Part shown: positions 12,861 to 23,733 of the stretch, piece after piece
Position numbering within the stretch: the first letter of the stretch is position 1
Layout: the number at the start of each line of letters is the position of its first letter
NCBI GenBank assembly: GCA_963827655.1
Contig: CAWHCF010000020.1
Span: 96,001-160,000, forward strand
DNA length: 64,000 nt
Direction of reading: 5' to 3'
DNA from: an uncultured Acidobacteriota bacterium
GTDB taxonomy: Bacteria; Acidobacteriota; UBA6911
Made by a program: the position numbers and the translations under genes
The notes under the pieces: generated by a model
Database searches by the model: none
Told to the model about the DNA's origin: nothing
Seen by the model: only the letters and a program-made list of their open reading frames with translations

Positions 12861-13221
12861 GAAGTTTCCGGAAGTTCGTGGCCATCGCTCGACCTTGCTC
12901 GTTCGATCGATTCGAGGAATTCGCGCATACGTTCCAGTCGCTCGGTCGGGCTCAAACGGAGGCATTCGTCGATCTGGGCCACGTCGACGCCGCGATGGCA
13001 GCTTTTCGATTATGTCATCCTGCCAGCCGCTCGACATGGGCCAAGGAATCAAGAAGTTTCCGGAAGTTCGTGGCCATCGCTCGACCTTGCTCGTTCGATC
13101 GATTCGAGGAATTCGCTCATACGTTCCAGTCGCTCGGTCGGGCTCAAACGGAGGCATTCATCGATCTGGGCCAGGTCGACACCTGATGGCAATTTTTCGA
13201 TTATGTCATCCTGCCAGCCGC
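12861..13221. repeat. tandem duplication, two ~169-bp copies (12861-13030 and 13053-13221)
   Basis: Near-identical copies that differ by a few substitutions and a 1-bp indel. Confidence 0.9.
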
Positions 13222-13231
13222 GTCGCACCAT
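13049..13231 (-). CDS. small antitoxin-like protein (GVD..I...L.LSP.ERL family)
   Basis: MVRRGWQDDIIEKLPSGVDLAQIDECLRLSPTERLERMSEFLESIERARSSDGHELPETS*; overlaps a MATNFRKLLDSL stub. Confidence 0.5.
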   Translation of the reverse strand: MVRRGWQDDIIEKLPSGVDLAQIDECLRLSPTERLERMSEFLESIERARSSDGHELPETS

Positions 13232-13300
13232 GAACACAAGGATATCACAGGAGGTTTGTTTCGCACCGCCAACCACAAAGACACGAAGAACGACACCAGG

Positions 13301-16300
13301 TCACGGAACCTGCGGAGCCTTGGAGGGAATCACCGGGATTACGGTGATCAACCCCTGAACCTGCACCAGTGCCACGACCGCGAAAGTCTTCCCGCCCTGT
13401 CCGACCAGAACCATCGAACCTTTGAATCTCAGCTTGGTCGGGACATACTCGTGCAGGAACTTGGCCGTCTGCTTCAGGGGCCCGAGCGGATTGAGTTCCG
13501 GCGGGCTGAGCAGATCGGTGATCCCTCCGTTCTCGTCGAGCACGTAAAGTGTGACGTTGATGTTTTCGTTCGAAGGATTCGCGACCGCGAAGCCGGTGAA
13601 GCGGTTCTCCCGGTCGTCATTGTCGACCGGCATCGTGGCTATATTGATGGGATAGCCGCCGAATACTCCCGCCGTGCTCTGCAGGATCGACTGCTGGAGG
13701 TAATCGAACGAGGCGACTCCGCCCACGTGAGCAATCGACGGTACCAGACGACCCCAGCCGATCTTGACCGGATCCGAAGGATTGACCGGGGCGGCCCGGA
13801 AAATACTGGTTCCGGCGGAAGCAATGGACAACCGGAAAGGACGAACCCATCGCCAGGGTTGCGCCGGTGGAAGGATCTATCAGAAGAACCGGAAAGGGAT
13901 TGCCTGCCTGGTCGGTAAGGATGAGCTCGGTTGTGGCGCCGGACGGTCCGGTGTTTGAGATGAGAAAATCGGTCGTATAGCCTCCTCCCACCGGCACGTG
14001 GGCAAAGGTGTACGGGCCCCCGGACTCGATCGTCGTGACGTCACTGGTCGTGTCGCTGCTGTCGTCCCCGCCGCCCGAGACCGTTGCCGTATTGGTGACC
14101 GACGGCGTGCGGCATCCGGCGCAACCGTCACCGCCAGTGTGATCGGCGGATAGCTGCCGCCCGGCGCCAGAGCGTCGCTCCGGGTGCAGATGACCGTCTG
14201 CCGCTGAGATCGTGCAGGTCCAGCCGGAGCCGGATGCAGAGGTTGGTGACAGGCCCGTCGGGAGACGGTCCTGGACCCTGACCTCGCCGCTGGTCGGATA
14301 CTGTCCGGCATTGGAGACCGTGATGGTGTAGGTCGCGCCGGTTTGTCCCTGGGTGAAGTTGCCCGGGTGCGTCTTGCTGATACTGAAGGTCCGGACGCAG
14401 TCCAAGAACTTCAGAGTCTTCGGCCGTGTTGTTGCCCGGGTTGACGTCTCCGCCGCGCGAAACCGTCGCCCTGTTGGTTAACACGTGACCCGATGGCCTG
14501 AGGATGGCGGCGACGTCCGCGGTGAGCGTGATCGCGGGATAGCTCGCTCCCGGCGCCAGAGCGTCGGTCCGCGTGCATGCCACCGTGTCGACCGTGACTT
14601 CGCAGGTCCAGCCGCCTCCGCTCGCCGCTTTCGCGGTCAGCCCGACGGGCAGGTCGTCGACCACATCGACCCGGCCTTGCGTCGGCGCGCCGCCCCGGTT
14701 CGTCACCGTGAGGATAAAAATTACCCCGGTCTGACCCGGCCCGAAGCTATTGGGGTGGGTCTTCGTGATCGTCAGATCCGGGCCCCGCGTGACAGCCGTG
14801 ACGTCGTCCGCCACATTGTTGATTGCAAGGACATCGCCGCCGCCGGCAACGATCGCCCTGTTGGTTACCGATGCCGGGGCGTCATCGGCCACATCCACCG
14901 TGACGGTCACAGGCGGGTAGCTCGCTCCCCCGGCCAGCGGATCTCCTCGGGTGCAATTGACCGTCTGGCCGGAGACCGTGCAGGTCCAGCCCGTACCGCT
15001 GGCGGCAGTGGGAAAAAGTCCGGTCGGGACCGTGTCGATCAGGGTTACGGTGCCGAGCGTCGGCACGGCGCCGATGTTGGACACGGTTATGGTGTAGGTG
15101 GCCCCGCTCTGCCCTTGTGTGAAATTACCTGTGTGGCTCTTTGAGATCGTCAGGTTCTGGCCGCGGTTGATCTGGGTCAAATCAGTTGCCGTGTTATTCG
15201 ACGTATTGACGTCTCCCCCCCCGGAAATCGTCGCGGTGTTGGTTACCGATTCGGGAGCGTCGGACTCAACGTCTACCGTGAGTGTCACCGGCGGATAACT
15301 GGCTGCCGCGGCCAGTGCGTCAGCCTCGAGTGCAGGTAACGGACTGTACCGCGATGCTGCACGTCCAGCCCGTGCCGGTGGCCGTCACTGGTATGAGTCC
15401 CGGCGGGACACTGTCGATCAGGGTAACGGTGCCCGTGGTCGGGGACGCCCCGATATTGCGTACGGTCAGGGTGTAATCCAGGGCGGGGGTGGCTCCTCTC
15501 TGTCCCTGGGTGACGACTGGCGGTATGGGTCTTTGTGACCGTCAAGTCCGGTCCCGGCGCTATGGTGGTCGGTCGCTGGCCGTGTTGTTGCCGGTGTTGA
15601 CGTCGCCGCCGCCGAGGACTGAGGCAGTATTGGTCGCCGAGGCCGGGGCCGTAGCTGCAATGTTTACCGTGATCGTAATGGGCGGGTAACTCGCTCCCGC
15701 CGCCAGGGCATCACTCCTCTGGCATTGGACCGAGTCAGCCAGAACCTGGCATGTCCAGCCGGTCCCGCTGGCTGCTGTCGGCAGGAATGGCAGCGTCATG
15801 GCGTCAGTTACAGTGACGGGCCGCTGGTCGGGGCCGCCCCCTGGTTACTCACCGTGAGGGTGTAAGTCGCGCCTGTCTGCCCCTGGGTGAAATTGCCCGT
15901 GTGGGTCTTGGTGATGGTCAGGTCGGGACCAGGGGTGATCGTAGTGATATCGTTTACTTCGTTGTTGCCCGGATTGGTATCGCCGCCGCCAGTAGCCCTG
16001 ACCGAGTTGGTGAGCGATGCCGGGGCATTGGGGGCCACATCCACCGTCACAGTGATCGGCGGGTAGCTGCCTCCAGGGCTCAGAGGGTCGCTCCTCACAC
16101 AGGTGACCGCCTGCCCGATGATATCGCACGTCCAGCCCGTGCCGCTCGCGGCAGACGGAACCAGGCCTGTGGGAACGATATCGATCGCGGTGACCGTACC
16201 GCTGGTCGGGACGCCGCCGCTGTTCCCCACCGTGATGGTGTAGGCGGCTCCCTTTTGACCCTGGGTGAAGTTGCCGGTGTGGGTCTTGGTCACCGTCAAG

Positions 16301-19300
16301 TCCGCGCCGGCCATGATCGTCGTCGCGTCACTTGCGGTATTGTTGGCTGAATTGTTGTCGCCTCCTCCGGAGACCCCGGCAACATTGGTGACCGTCGCCG
16401 CAGCGTTGGATGCAACGGTCAACGTGATCGTAATCGGCGGATAACTCGCTCCTGCCGCCAGAACATCGCTTCTGCTACATCCGACTGCCAGGGCGCCGGC
16501 TGTGCAACTCCAGCCGTCGCCCACGGCGGACGTAGGGGTAAGTCCCAGGGGAAAAGTATCCGTCACCGTAACCGGGGCCGTCGTCGGCCCGACACCGGAG
16601 TTCCTTACCGTCACGGTGTAGGTCGCCCCCGTCTGTCCCTGGGTGAAGTTTCCGGTATGGCTCTTGGTGATGGTCAGGTCGGCCCCCGGGACAATGGCCG
16701 TGACATCGGTATCCGAATTGTTCGTCGGATTGACGTCTTCGCCGCCCGAAACCGATACTGCGTTGGTCACGGACCCGGGAGCACCGGGCTGAACGCTGAC
16801 CGTCAGGGTGATCGGGTAACTCTGTCCCGCCGCCAGAGGATCGCTCCGGGTGCAGGTCACAATCTGCCCCGAAATAGTACAAGGCAGCCAGCCGGCACCC
16901 GACGCGGATGTCGGCGTCAGTCCGGCCGGAACATTGTCGGTGACCGTCACGACCCCGGTGGTCGGCCCAGAGCCGGAGTTGGTTACCGTGATGGTGTAGA
17001 TTGCCCCGGTCTGTCCCTGGAGGAAGTTGCCCGTAGTGGCTCTTGCTGATGGTCAGGTCGGGGCCGGGCCCGATCGTGGTGATATCGCTGGCCGTGTTGT
17101 TGGCCGTATTGATCTCGCCCCCACTCCGGGGATCGTAGCCGTGTTCGTCACCGATGGCGGGGCTGCCGGCGCCACGTTCACCGTGAGGGTAATGGGCGGA
17201 TAACTGGCTCCCAGGATTGAGAGCGTCGCTGCGCGAGCAACTCATAGCCGGGGCCGTGATGTTGACATACCCAACCGGCGCCGGCTGCTGCCGTCGGCGT
17301 CAGGCCCGCCGGAAGGGGGTCATGGACCGTCCACAAAGCCGGTGGTCGGCCCGCCGCCTATGTTCGTCACGGTCAGGGTGTAGGTCGCTCCAACCTGCCC
17401 CTGCAGGAAGCTCCCCGTGTGCGTCTTGGTAAGGGTCAGGTCCGGCACCGCGATGATCGTGGTTGGATCGCTGGCCGAGTTATTGCTCGAATCCACATCG
17501 CCGCCTCCACCAACCGTCGCCGTGTTGGTCACCGATGCAGGGGCATTGACCGCGACCTGCACCGTGAGGGTAATCGTTGAGCTGGCCCCCGCAGCCAGCG
17601 GCGTCGCTGCGCGTACAAGTGACACTCTGGCCGCCCGCCGTGCACGTCCAGCCCGTGCCGGTGGCCGCAGTCGATGTCAGTCCGGCAGGAAGGCTGTCGG
17701 TCACAACGATCGGGCCACTGGTCGGGGCGCCCCCGGTGTTGCTCACGGTCAAGGTGTAGGTGCCGGTTTGACCTTGCGTGAAGTTACCCGTGTGACTCTT
17801 GGTGATGCTCAGGTTGGGGCCGGCAGTAATGGTGGTTGGATCTTGTGCCTGGTTGTTCGTTTGATTAACGTCCCCGCCACCGAAAACGCTGTGCCGTATT
17901 CGTCACCGACGCAGGAGCGTTGGGCTGAACGTTCACCGTAATGGTGATCACCGGGTAGCTCTGCCCGGTCAGCAGAGGGTCGCTGCGGGTGCAGCTCACG
18001 CCCTGGCCGGAGAGGAGGGCAGGTCCATCCTGTGCCGCTCACCGCCGTGGGAACCAGCCCGCAGGCAATGTGTCAATGACCGTAACCAAGCCGCTGGTCT
18101 CCGAGCCACCCCCGTTGCTCACCGTAATGGTATAGGTTCCCGGCTGTCCCTGGGTAAAGTTGCCCGTATGGCTTTTGGTGATCCTAAGGTCCGCGGCCGG
18201 CATAACCGTCGCCGTGTCGCTGGCGCTATTGTTGGCGGCATTGCCGTCCCCGCCGCCACTCACCGTCGCCATGTTCGTCACCGAGGCGGCGCATTGCCCG
18301 CGACGTTGCCGTCAACGTGATCGGCGGATAGCTCGCTCCCGGCAGCCAGAGGGTGCTCGTCTAGTACACGTGACCGTGTTCCCGAAATGCCGCAGCTCCA
18401 GCCTGGACCGCCGATGCCGGCATCACGGGTGACAGCCCGGTGGGCAAGTTGTCAATGACGTAACCGTGCCGCTGGTCGGGACCGCGCCGTTGTTCGTGAC
18501 CGTGATGGTGTACGTAGCGGTCTGGCCCTGCATGAAGTTGCCCGTATGGGTCTTCGTGATGGTCAAGTCAGGAGCGAGGGCAATGGGCGTCATCACCGTT
18601 GCGGTGTTATTGGCGGCGTTGAGGTCCCCGCCGCCTCCGACTGTGGCCACGTTCGTCACCGACGGCGGCGCATTGCTCGCCACGTTGACCGTCAACGTGA
18701 TCGGCGGATAACTCGCTCCCGGAGCCAGAGGGTCGCTGCGCGTACAGGTGACGGTGTTGCCCGAAATGCCGCAGCTCCAACCTGGACCGCTGACGGCCGC
18801 TGGGTGACAGCCCGGTGGGCAAGTTATCAGTGACCGTAACGGTGCCGCTGGTCGCGACTCCACCGGCGTTGGTCACGGTCAGCGTGTAGCCGGCGCCGCT
18901 CTGTCCCTGGGTGAAAGTGCCGTTGGCCGTCTTGGTGATGGCAGGGTCCGGGCCGCCAGATAATGGTCGTGGGATCGAGCGACTGTATTGTTGGCCGAAT
19001 TGCCGTCATTGCCGCCGGTAACGATACGCTGAATTGATTTCCAGCGGCAGAAGCGCTGGAGGCCACATTGACCGTGAGGGTGATCGGCGGGTAGCTGGCT
19101 GCTGGAGCCAGGGCGTCGCTGCGCGTGCAGGTAACCGAGTTGGTGGAGATGGTACACATCCAGCCTGTACCGGCGGCCGCCGTCGGGATCAGGTCGGGAG
19201 GAAAATTGTCCACGACCGTGACCGTGCCGGTCGTCGGCGCGGCACCGATATTGCGCGCGGTGATGGTGTAAGTCGCCCCGACCTGGCCCTGGGTAAAATT

Positions 19301-19996
19301 GCCCGAGTGAGTCTTCGTCAAGGTCAGGTCAGAGAATGGCTGAGTGCGATCGAAAAGAGGAACGAAGTTTACGACCGGATTCTCATCAGAGCCCCCCAAT
19401 TGGGCGTCGACAACAAGGTTGCCGGTAAGGGTGAATCCCGAAGCATAAGCATTTGGAATATTGCTGATCAGCGCCCAAAGCGTTCCCGCCTGCGGGGGCA
19501 CGACGTTCCCCAGGGTGTTGTGGGGGTCCGCCGGTAATCGTCAGAACCAGATCTGTAATTACGATTTGAGGATTGCCTGCCGGTGATTTTAGCTCAATTA
19601 ATAAATCGCTGAAGGATTGGTTGGCCTGAGTTTGAAGGTCATAGAACTGGTCCCGCGCTCGTCGATCCTGACGCGATCATCGTGATACGCGCCAGCGCAG
19701 GGGGGAGCGCAGGGGTGTAGGTCAGAGTGAAGTTGTTCAGGGCCGGAGGGGTGTTCCAGACCAGGTCGGCTACCTTCCGGTTGCCGGCAAAACTCAGGTT
19801 GCCCGAGCCGACGTAGATTTCGCTGCCCGATTCGGGAGACTCTGAAATTACGCAGCCGCGCTCCCCACTCTCGTTCGGTGATATCCGGGTCTTGCCGCGG
19901 ATCATGAGTGGTGAACGTGATGGTGGCGGTCTGAGCGAATAGATGGGTTTCGGTCCACAGACCTGCGACGGCGAGGAAAAGCAAAGCACGTTTCAT
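13301..19996 (-). CDS. giant secreted DUF11-repeat (Ig-like) surface protein/adhesin, 14 repeats, many frameshifts
   Basis: Signal peptide MKRALLFLAVAGLW; ~125-aa repeats DLTITKTHTGNFTQGQ.GATYTITV.N...GWTC...VTC.R.D.L..G.SYPPIT.TV.V...N.A.V.GGGD.N..NN.A.D at ~380-nt spacing. Confidence 0.8.
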
Positions 19997-20139
19997 AGCA
20001 ACGTCCCTCAGGGAAACGATCGCGCTTCTAACTAACTTACTGGTTCGGAGTGCAAAGGCGAGCTCGGGGGGAGCAAGTCGATCGGCAGTTCTATCGCGAG
20101 TCACCCGCCGAAAGCAAGCGAATTTCTTGATACCAAGGG

Positions 20140-20225
20140 CTTGGTGTTTCTTCGTGTCTTCGTGGTTAGTGGTCTGCGAAACAAATACCACCAAGACACG
20201 AAGACACGAAGAAACACCAGGAACC
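20140..20225. repeat. inverted pair of 9-mer (AAGACACG/AAG) arrays
   Basis: CTTGGTGTTTCTTCGTGTCTTCGTGGT ... ACCACCAAGACACGAAGACACGAAGAAACACCAGG; the family recurs across the window. Confidence 0.8.
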
Positions 20226-20301
20226 CGAGGTATAATCCCGCGCATCGGAGCCACAGTCTGAAAACCGCGAGTCGGTTTGCATCCATGGAAAGAGGGGAAC
20301 C

Positions 20302-23300
20302 ATGAGAATTTTTTCTGGCGTATCCATACTGCTTCCGGCGCTCGCTGGAACGCTGGTACTTGCCGTTGACGTCAGCGATACCAGGTTGCTGAGCCAGCCC
20401 GCACTCAGTAAATCTCATATCGCTTTCATCTATGCGGGCGACCTCTGGGTCGCCGACAGCGAGGGCAAGGGGGTGCGCCGCCTCACCACGGACGACGGCG
20501 TGGAATCGAATCCGGCATTTTCTCCGGACGGAAGCTTGATAGCGTTCAGCGCTCAGTACGAAGGCAACACGGACGTTTATGTCGTTCCGGTTGCCGGGGG
20601 CGTCCCCACGCGGCTGACGTGGCACCCGGGGCCGGACGTGGTCCAGGATTTCACGCCCGATGGTTCGGCTGTTCTGTTCACGTCGCCTCGCGCGGTCCAT
20701 ACCGGCCGCTATACCCAGCTCTTCACGGTATCGGCCAAAGGGGGCGCGCCGGAGGAGCAGCTGAAGATCCCGCATGCCTCCAAAGCTACCTACTCTCCCG
20801 ACGGCGGCAGGATCGCTTACAACCCGCTGTACGAAGCCTTCACCCAGTGGAAGAACTATCGCGGCGGAACCGTTTCCACCATCTCGCTCTTCCGCCTGAG
20901 CGACAACTCGGTCGAGAAAATACCGCAACCCGAAGGGCGCGCGAACGACGCCGATCCGATGTGGATAGGGGATATGGTTTATTTCCGGTCGGATCGCAAC
21001 GGCGAGTTCAACCTGTTTTCGTACGATCCGAAATCGAAAGCTGTCCGCTCGCTCACCTCGCTCACCGATTTTCCGATCGTGAGCGCTTCGGCGGGGGGCG
21101 GGCGCATCATCTACGAGCAAGCAGGCTATCTGCACATCTTCGATCCGGCACGCGGACGAAGCCAGCGACTCGTAATTGGAGTAGCCGCGGATCTCGTCGA
21201 GACGCGGCCGCGCTACGCGAAGGGAGCGCGTTACATCCGCAGCGCCTCGATCTCGCCCTCGGGCGCGCGCGCGGCGTTCGATTTTCGCGGCGAAATCGTG
21301 ACGGTCCCGGCCGAGAAAGGCGACCCGCGCAACCTGACCAACACCGTCGGAGTCCACGAGCGCTCTCCAGTCTGGTCGCCCGACGGCAAGCACATAGCCT
21401 ACTTCTCGGACGAATCAGGAGAGTACGGGCTCCACATTCAAAGCCAGGACGGCAAGGGAGACGTCCGCAAGTTCAAGCTATCCGGGGCCGGCTTCTACGA
21501 CACTCTGGTGTGGTCTCCCGACAGCCAGAAGATCTCCTATGCGGACAACTCCTGGAGTCTTTACTGGCTCGACACGAGCACGGGCATTTCAAAGAAAATC
21601 GGCTCCGAATACCTATATGGACCGGGCCGCTCGCGCACGATACCTCACGTCTGGTCCCCCGACTCGAAGTGGATCGCCTACACCTTGAATACCAAGACCT
21701 ACATCCAGACCGTCTACGCCTACTCGATCGAGACAGACAAGTCCTTCCCGATTACCGACGGTCTGAGCGAGGTGAGCGAGCCGGTCTTCGATCCCAGCGG
21801 AAAGTATCTCTACTTCTTCGGGTCGACCGATGCCGGGCCGGTGAAACAGTGGTTCGACATGTCGAATGCGGACATGCGGCTCACCCGCTCGCTCTACCTG
21901 GCGGTGCTGCGAAAAGAGCTCCCCAACCCGCTGGCCAGGGAAAGCGACGAGGAGAAAGGGGTCACTAAAGAGGAGAAGCCCAAGGAACCGGCCCCGGCGC
22001 AAAAGGAGCCTTTCTCGATCGATTTCGACGGGTTCAACAACAGAATCGTTGCCTTCCCTCTGCCCACCGGGGAGTATTCCAACCTTCAGGTGGGAACGAC
22101 TGGTCAAATCTACTATCTTCAGCTCCTCCCGGCGGTCGACGATCCTTCAACGCCCGGTCCGGGCTTCGGCGGCCAGCGATACAATCTGCACCGGTACGAT
22201 CTCGCGAAGCGCAAGGATGAAGTTCTGATCCCGGAACTGGGCAACTACCTGCTTTCCGCTGACGGAAAGAAAGTGCTCTACTCGCTCCGCGACACCTCGG
22301 CTATCGTGCCGGCAACCGAGAAAGCTCTACCCGGCCATCCCAAGCTGAACCTCGAGAGCATCGAGGTTCGCATCGATCCCCGCGCAGAGTGGAACCAGAT
22401 ATTCCATGAGGCCTGGCGCATCAACCGCGACTACTTCTACGCTCCGAACATGCACGGGGCCGACTGGAACGCGATGCGCCGGAAATACGAAGGCTTCCTG
22501 CCCCATGTCGCGGGACGCAGCGATCTGAACCGGATCATTCAATGGATGTGCAGCGAACTCGCGGTGGGCCACCATCGCGTCGGAGGGGGAGACTTCCTCA
22601 ATCAGCCCAAGAACGTTCCCGGAGGCCTGCTCGGCGCAGACTACGTCATCGAGAACGGTCGATACCGCTTCAAGAAGGTTTATGGGGGGCTGAACTGGAC
22701 GCCGGACCTGCGCGCCCCGCTCGCGGCACCCGGCGTCGATGTGAAGGCGGGGGAGTATCTCCTTGCGGTTCGCGGCCAGGAATTGCGACCGCCTGCGAAT
22801 CTCTACAGCCTGTTCGAGAATACGGCAGGCAAGCTCATCGAGATCACGGTGGGGCCGAATCCCGACGGCTCCGCAGCCCGCACGCTTTCGGTGGTTCCAA
22901 TCCCCAACGAGGGAGCGCTGCGCAACCGCGACTGGGTGGAGGGCAATCTGAAGAAAGTAGACGAGGCCACGGGTGGAAGGGTCGCGTACGTCTATGTCCC
23001 GAACACGACCCGTCAGGGGCACACCTATTTCAAGCGTTACTTTTTCCCGCAGGCGCACAAGGAGGCGATCATCATCGACGAACGCTTCAATGGCGGCGGC
23101 CAGGTGGCCGACTACTACATCGACCAGCTGCGGAAACCGTTCACCAGCTACTGGGCCATGCGGTACGGGGCCGACCTGAAGACCCCCGGAGCTTCAATCC
23201 AGGGTCCGAAAGTAATGCTTATCGACGAGACCGCAGGTTCCGGCGGCGATCTGCTCCCCTGGATGTTCCGCAAGTTCAAGCTCGGAAAGCTGGTGGGCAA

Positions 23301-23610
23301 GCGGACGTGGGGCGGACTGGTAGGGACCCTGGGATTCCCCGTCCTGATGGATGGAGCCGTCGTGACCGCGCCGAACCTTGCAATCTGGACCGAGGACGGC
23401 TGGATCGTGGAAAACGTCGGGGTTCCACCCGACATCGAAATCGAACAGACTCCGGCTGAAGTGATCGCCGGGCGCGATCCTCAGCTCGAAAAAGCTATCC
23501 AGGTCGTAATGGAGGAGTTGAAAAAGAATCCACCGCCGCAGCACAAGCGGCCCCCATATCCGGTCAGGGTCACGCCTGCCAAACCGGTGCCGACCGCAGG
23601 CCGCGACTGA
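20302..23610 (+). CDS. tricorn protease (peptidase S41 with beta-propellers and PDZ)
   Basis: PD40-type SPDG repeats; IIIDERFNGGG; ETAGSGGD catalytic Ser; GKRTWGG; ENVGVPPD. Confidence 0.93.
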   Translation: MRIFSGVSILLPALAGTLVLAVDVSDTRLLSQPALSKSHIAFIYAGDLWVADSEGKGVRRLTTDDGVESNPAFSPDGSLIAFSAQYEGNTDVYVVPVAGGVPTRLTWHPGPDVVQDFTPDGSAVLFTSPRAVHTGRYTQLFTVSAKGGAPEEQLKIPHASKATYSPDGGRIAYNPLYEAFTQWKNYRGGTVSTISLFRLSDNSVEKIPQPEGRANDADPMWIGDMVYFRSDRNGEFNLFSYDPKSKAVRSLTSLTDFPIVSASAGGGRIIYEQAGYLHIFDPARGRSQRLVIGVAADLVETRPRYAKGARYIRSASISPSGARAAFDFRGEIVTVPAEKGDPRNLTNTVGVHERSPVWSPDGKHIAYFSDESGEYGLHIQSQDGKGDVRKFKLSGAGFYDTLVWSPDSQKISYADNSWSLYWLDTSTGISKKIGSEYLYGPGRSRTIPHVWSPDSKWIAYTLNTKTYIQTVYAYSIETDKSFPITDGLSEVSEPVFDPSGKYLYFFGSTDAGPVKQWFDMSNADMRLTRSLYLAVLRKELPNPLARESDEEKGVTKEEKPKEPAPAQKEPFSIDFDGFNNRIVAFPLPTGEYSNLQVGTTGQIYYLQLLPAVDDPSTPGPGFGGQRYNLHRYDLAKRKDEVLIPELGNYLLSADGKKVLYSLRDTSAIVPATEKALPGHPKLNLESIEVRIDPRAEWNQIFHEAWRINRDYFYAPNMHGADWNAMRRKYEGFLPHVAGRSDLNRIIQWMCSELAVGHHRVGGGDFLNQPKNVPGGLLGADYVIENGRYRFKKVYGGLNWTPDLRAPLAAPGVDVKAGEYLLAVRGQELRPPANLYSLFENTAGKLIEITVGPNPDGSAARTLSVVPIPNEGALRNRDWVEGNLKKVDEATGGRVAYVYVPNTTRQGHTYFKRYFFPQAHKEAIIIDERFNGGGQVADYYIDQLRKPFTSYWAMRYGADLKTPGASIQGPKVMLIDETAGSGGDLLPWMFRKFKLGKLVGKRTWGGLVGTLGFPVLMDGAVVTAPNLAIWTEDGWIVENVGVPPDIEIEQTPAEVIAGRDPQLEKAIQVVMEELKKNPPPQHKRPPYPVRVTPAKPVPTAGRD

Positions 23611-23615
23611 GACAA

Positions 23616-23725
23616 TCAGCGGTCAGCAGTCAGCGGTCAGCAATCAGCATAAGATCAGCAATCAGCCGTCAGCTATCAGCTTCGAGCGACATAAGCTGAC
23701 TGCTGACTGCTGAAGCTGACTGAGC
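23616..23725. repeat. heptamer (TCAGCNN) tandem array with inverted counter-array
   Basis: TCAGCGG-TCAGCAG-TCAGCGG-TCAGCAA... then GCTGACT-GCTGACT-GCTGA. Confidence 0.8.
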
Positions 23726-23733
23726 GTGATAGA

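Noticed and set aside
12840-13157. N-terminal extension of the esterase ORF with a repeated peptide
   Set aside because: It is an off-frame read-through of the tandem duplication; the signal-like start lies at 12839 or later.
12861-13221. Duplication as a DGR template/variable repeat pair
   Set aside because: Differences are few and not clearly adenine-restricted on one strand, and there is no reverse transcriptase in the window.
13900-19350. Regular ~380-bp repeats as a CRISPR or non-coding array
   Set aside because: They are protein-coding DUF11 repeats with codon-level divergence; there are no spacers or cas genes.
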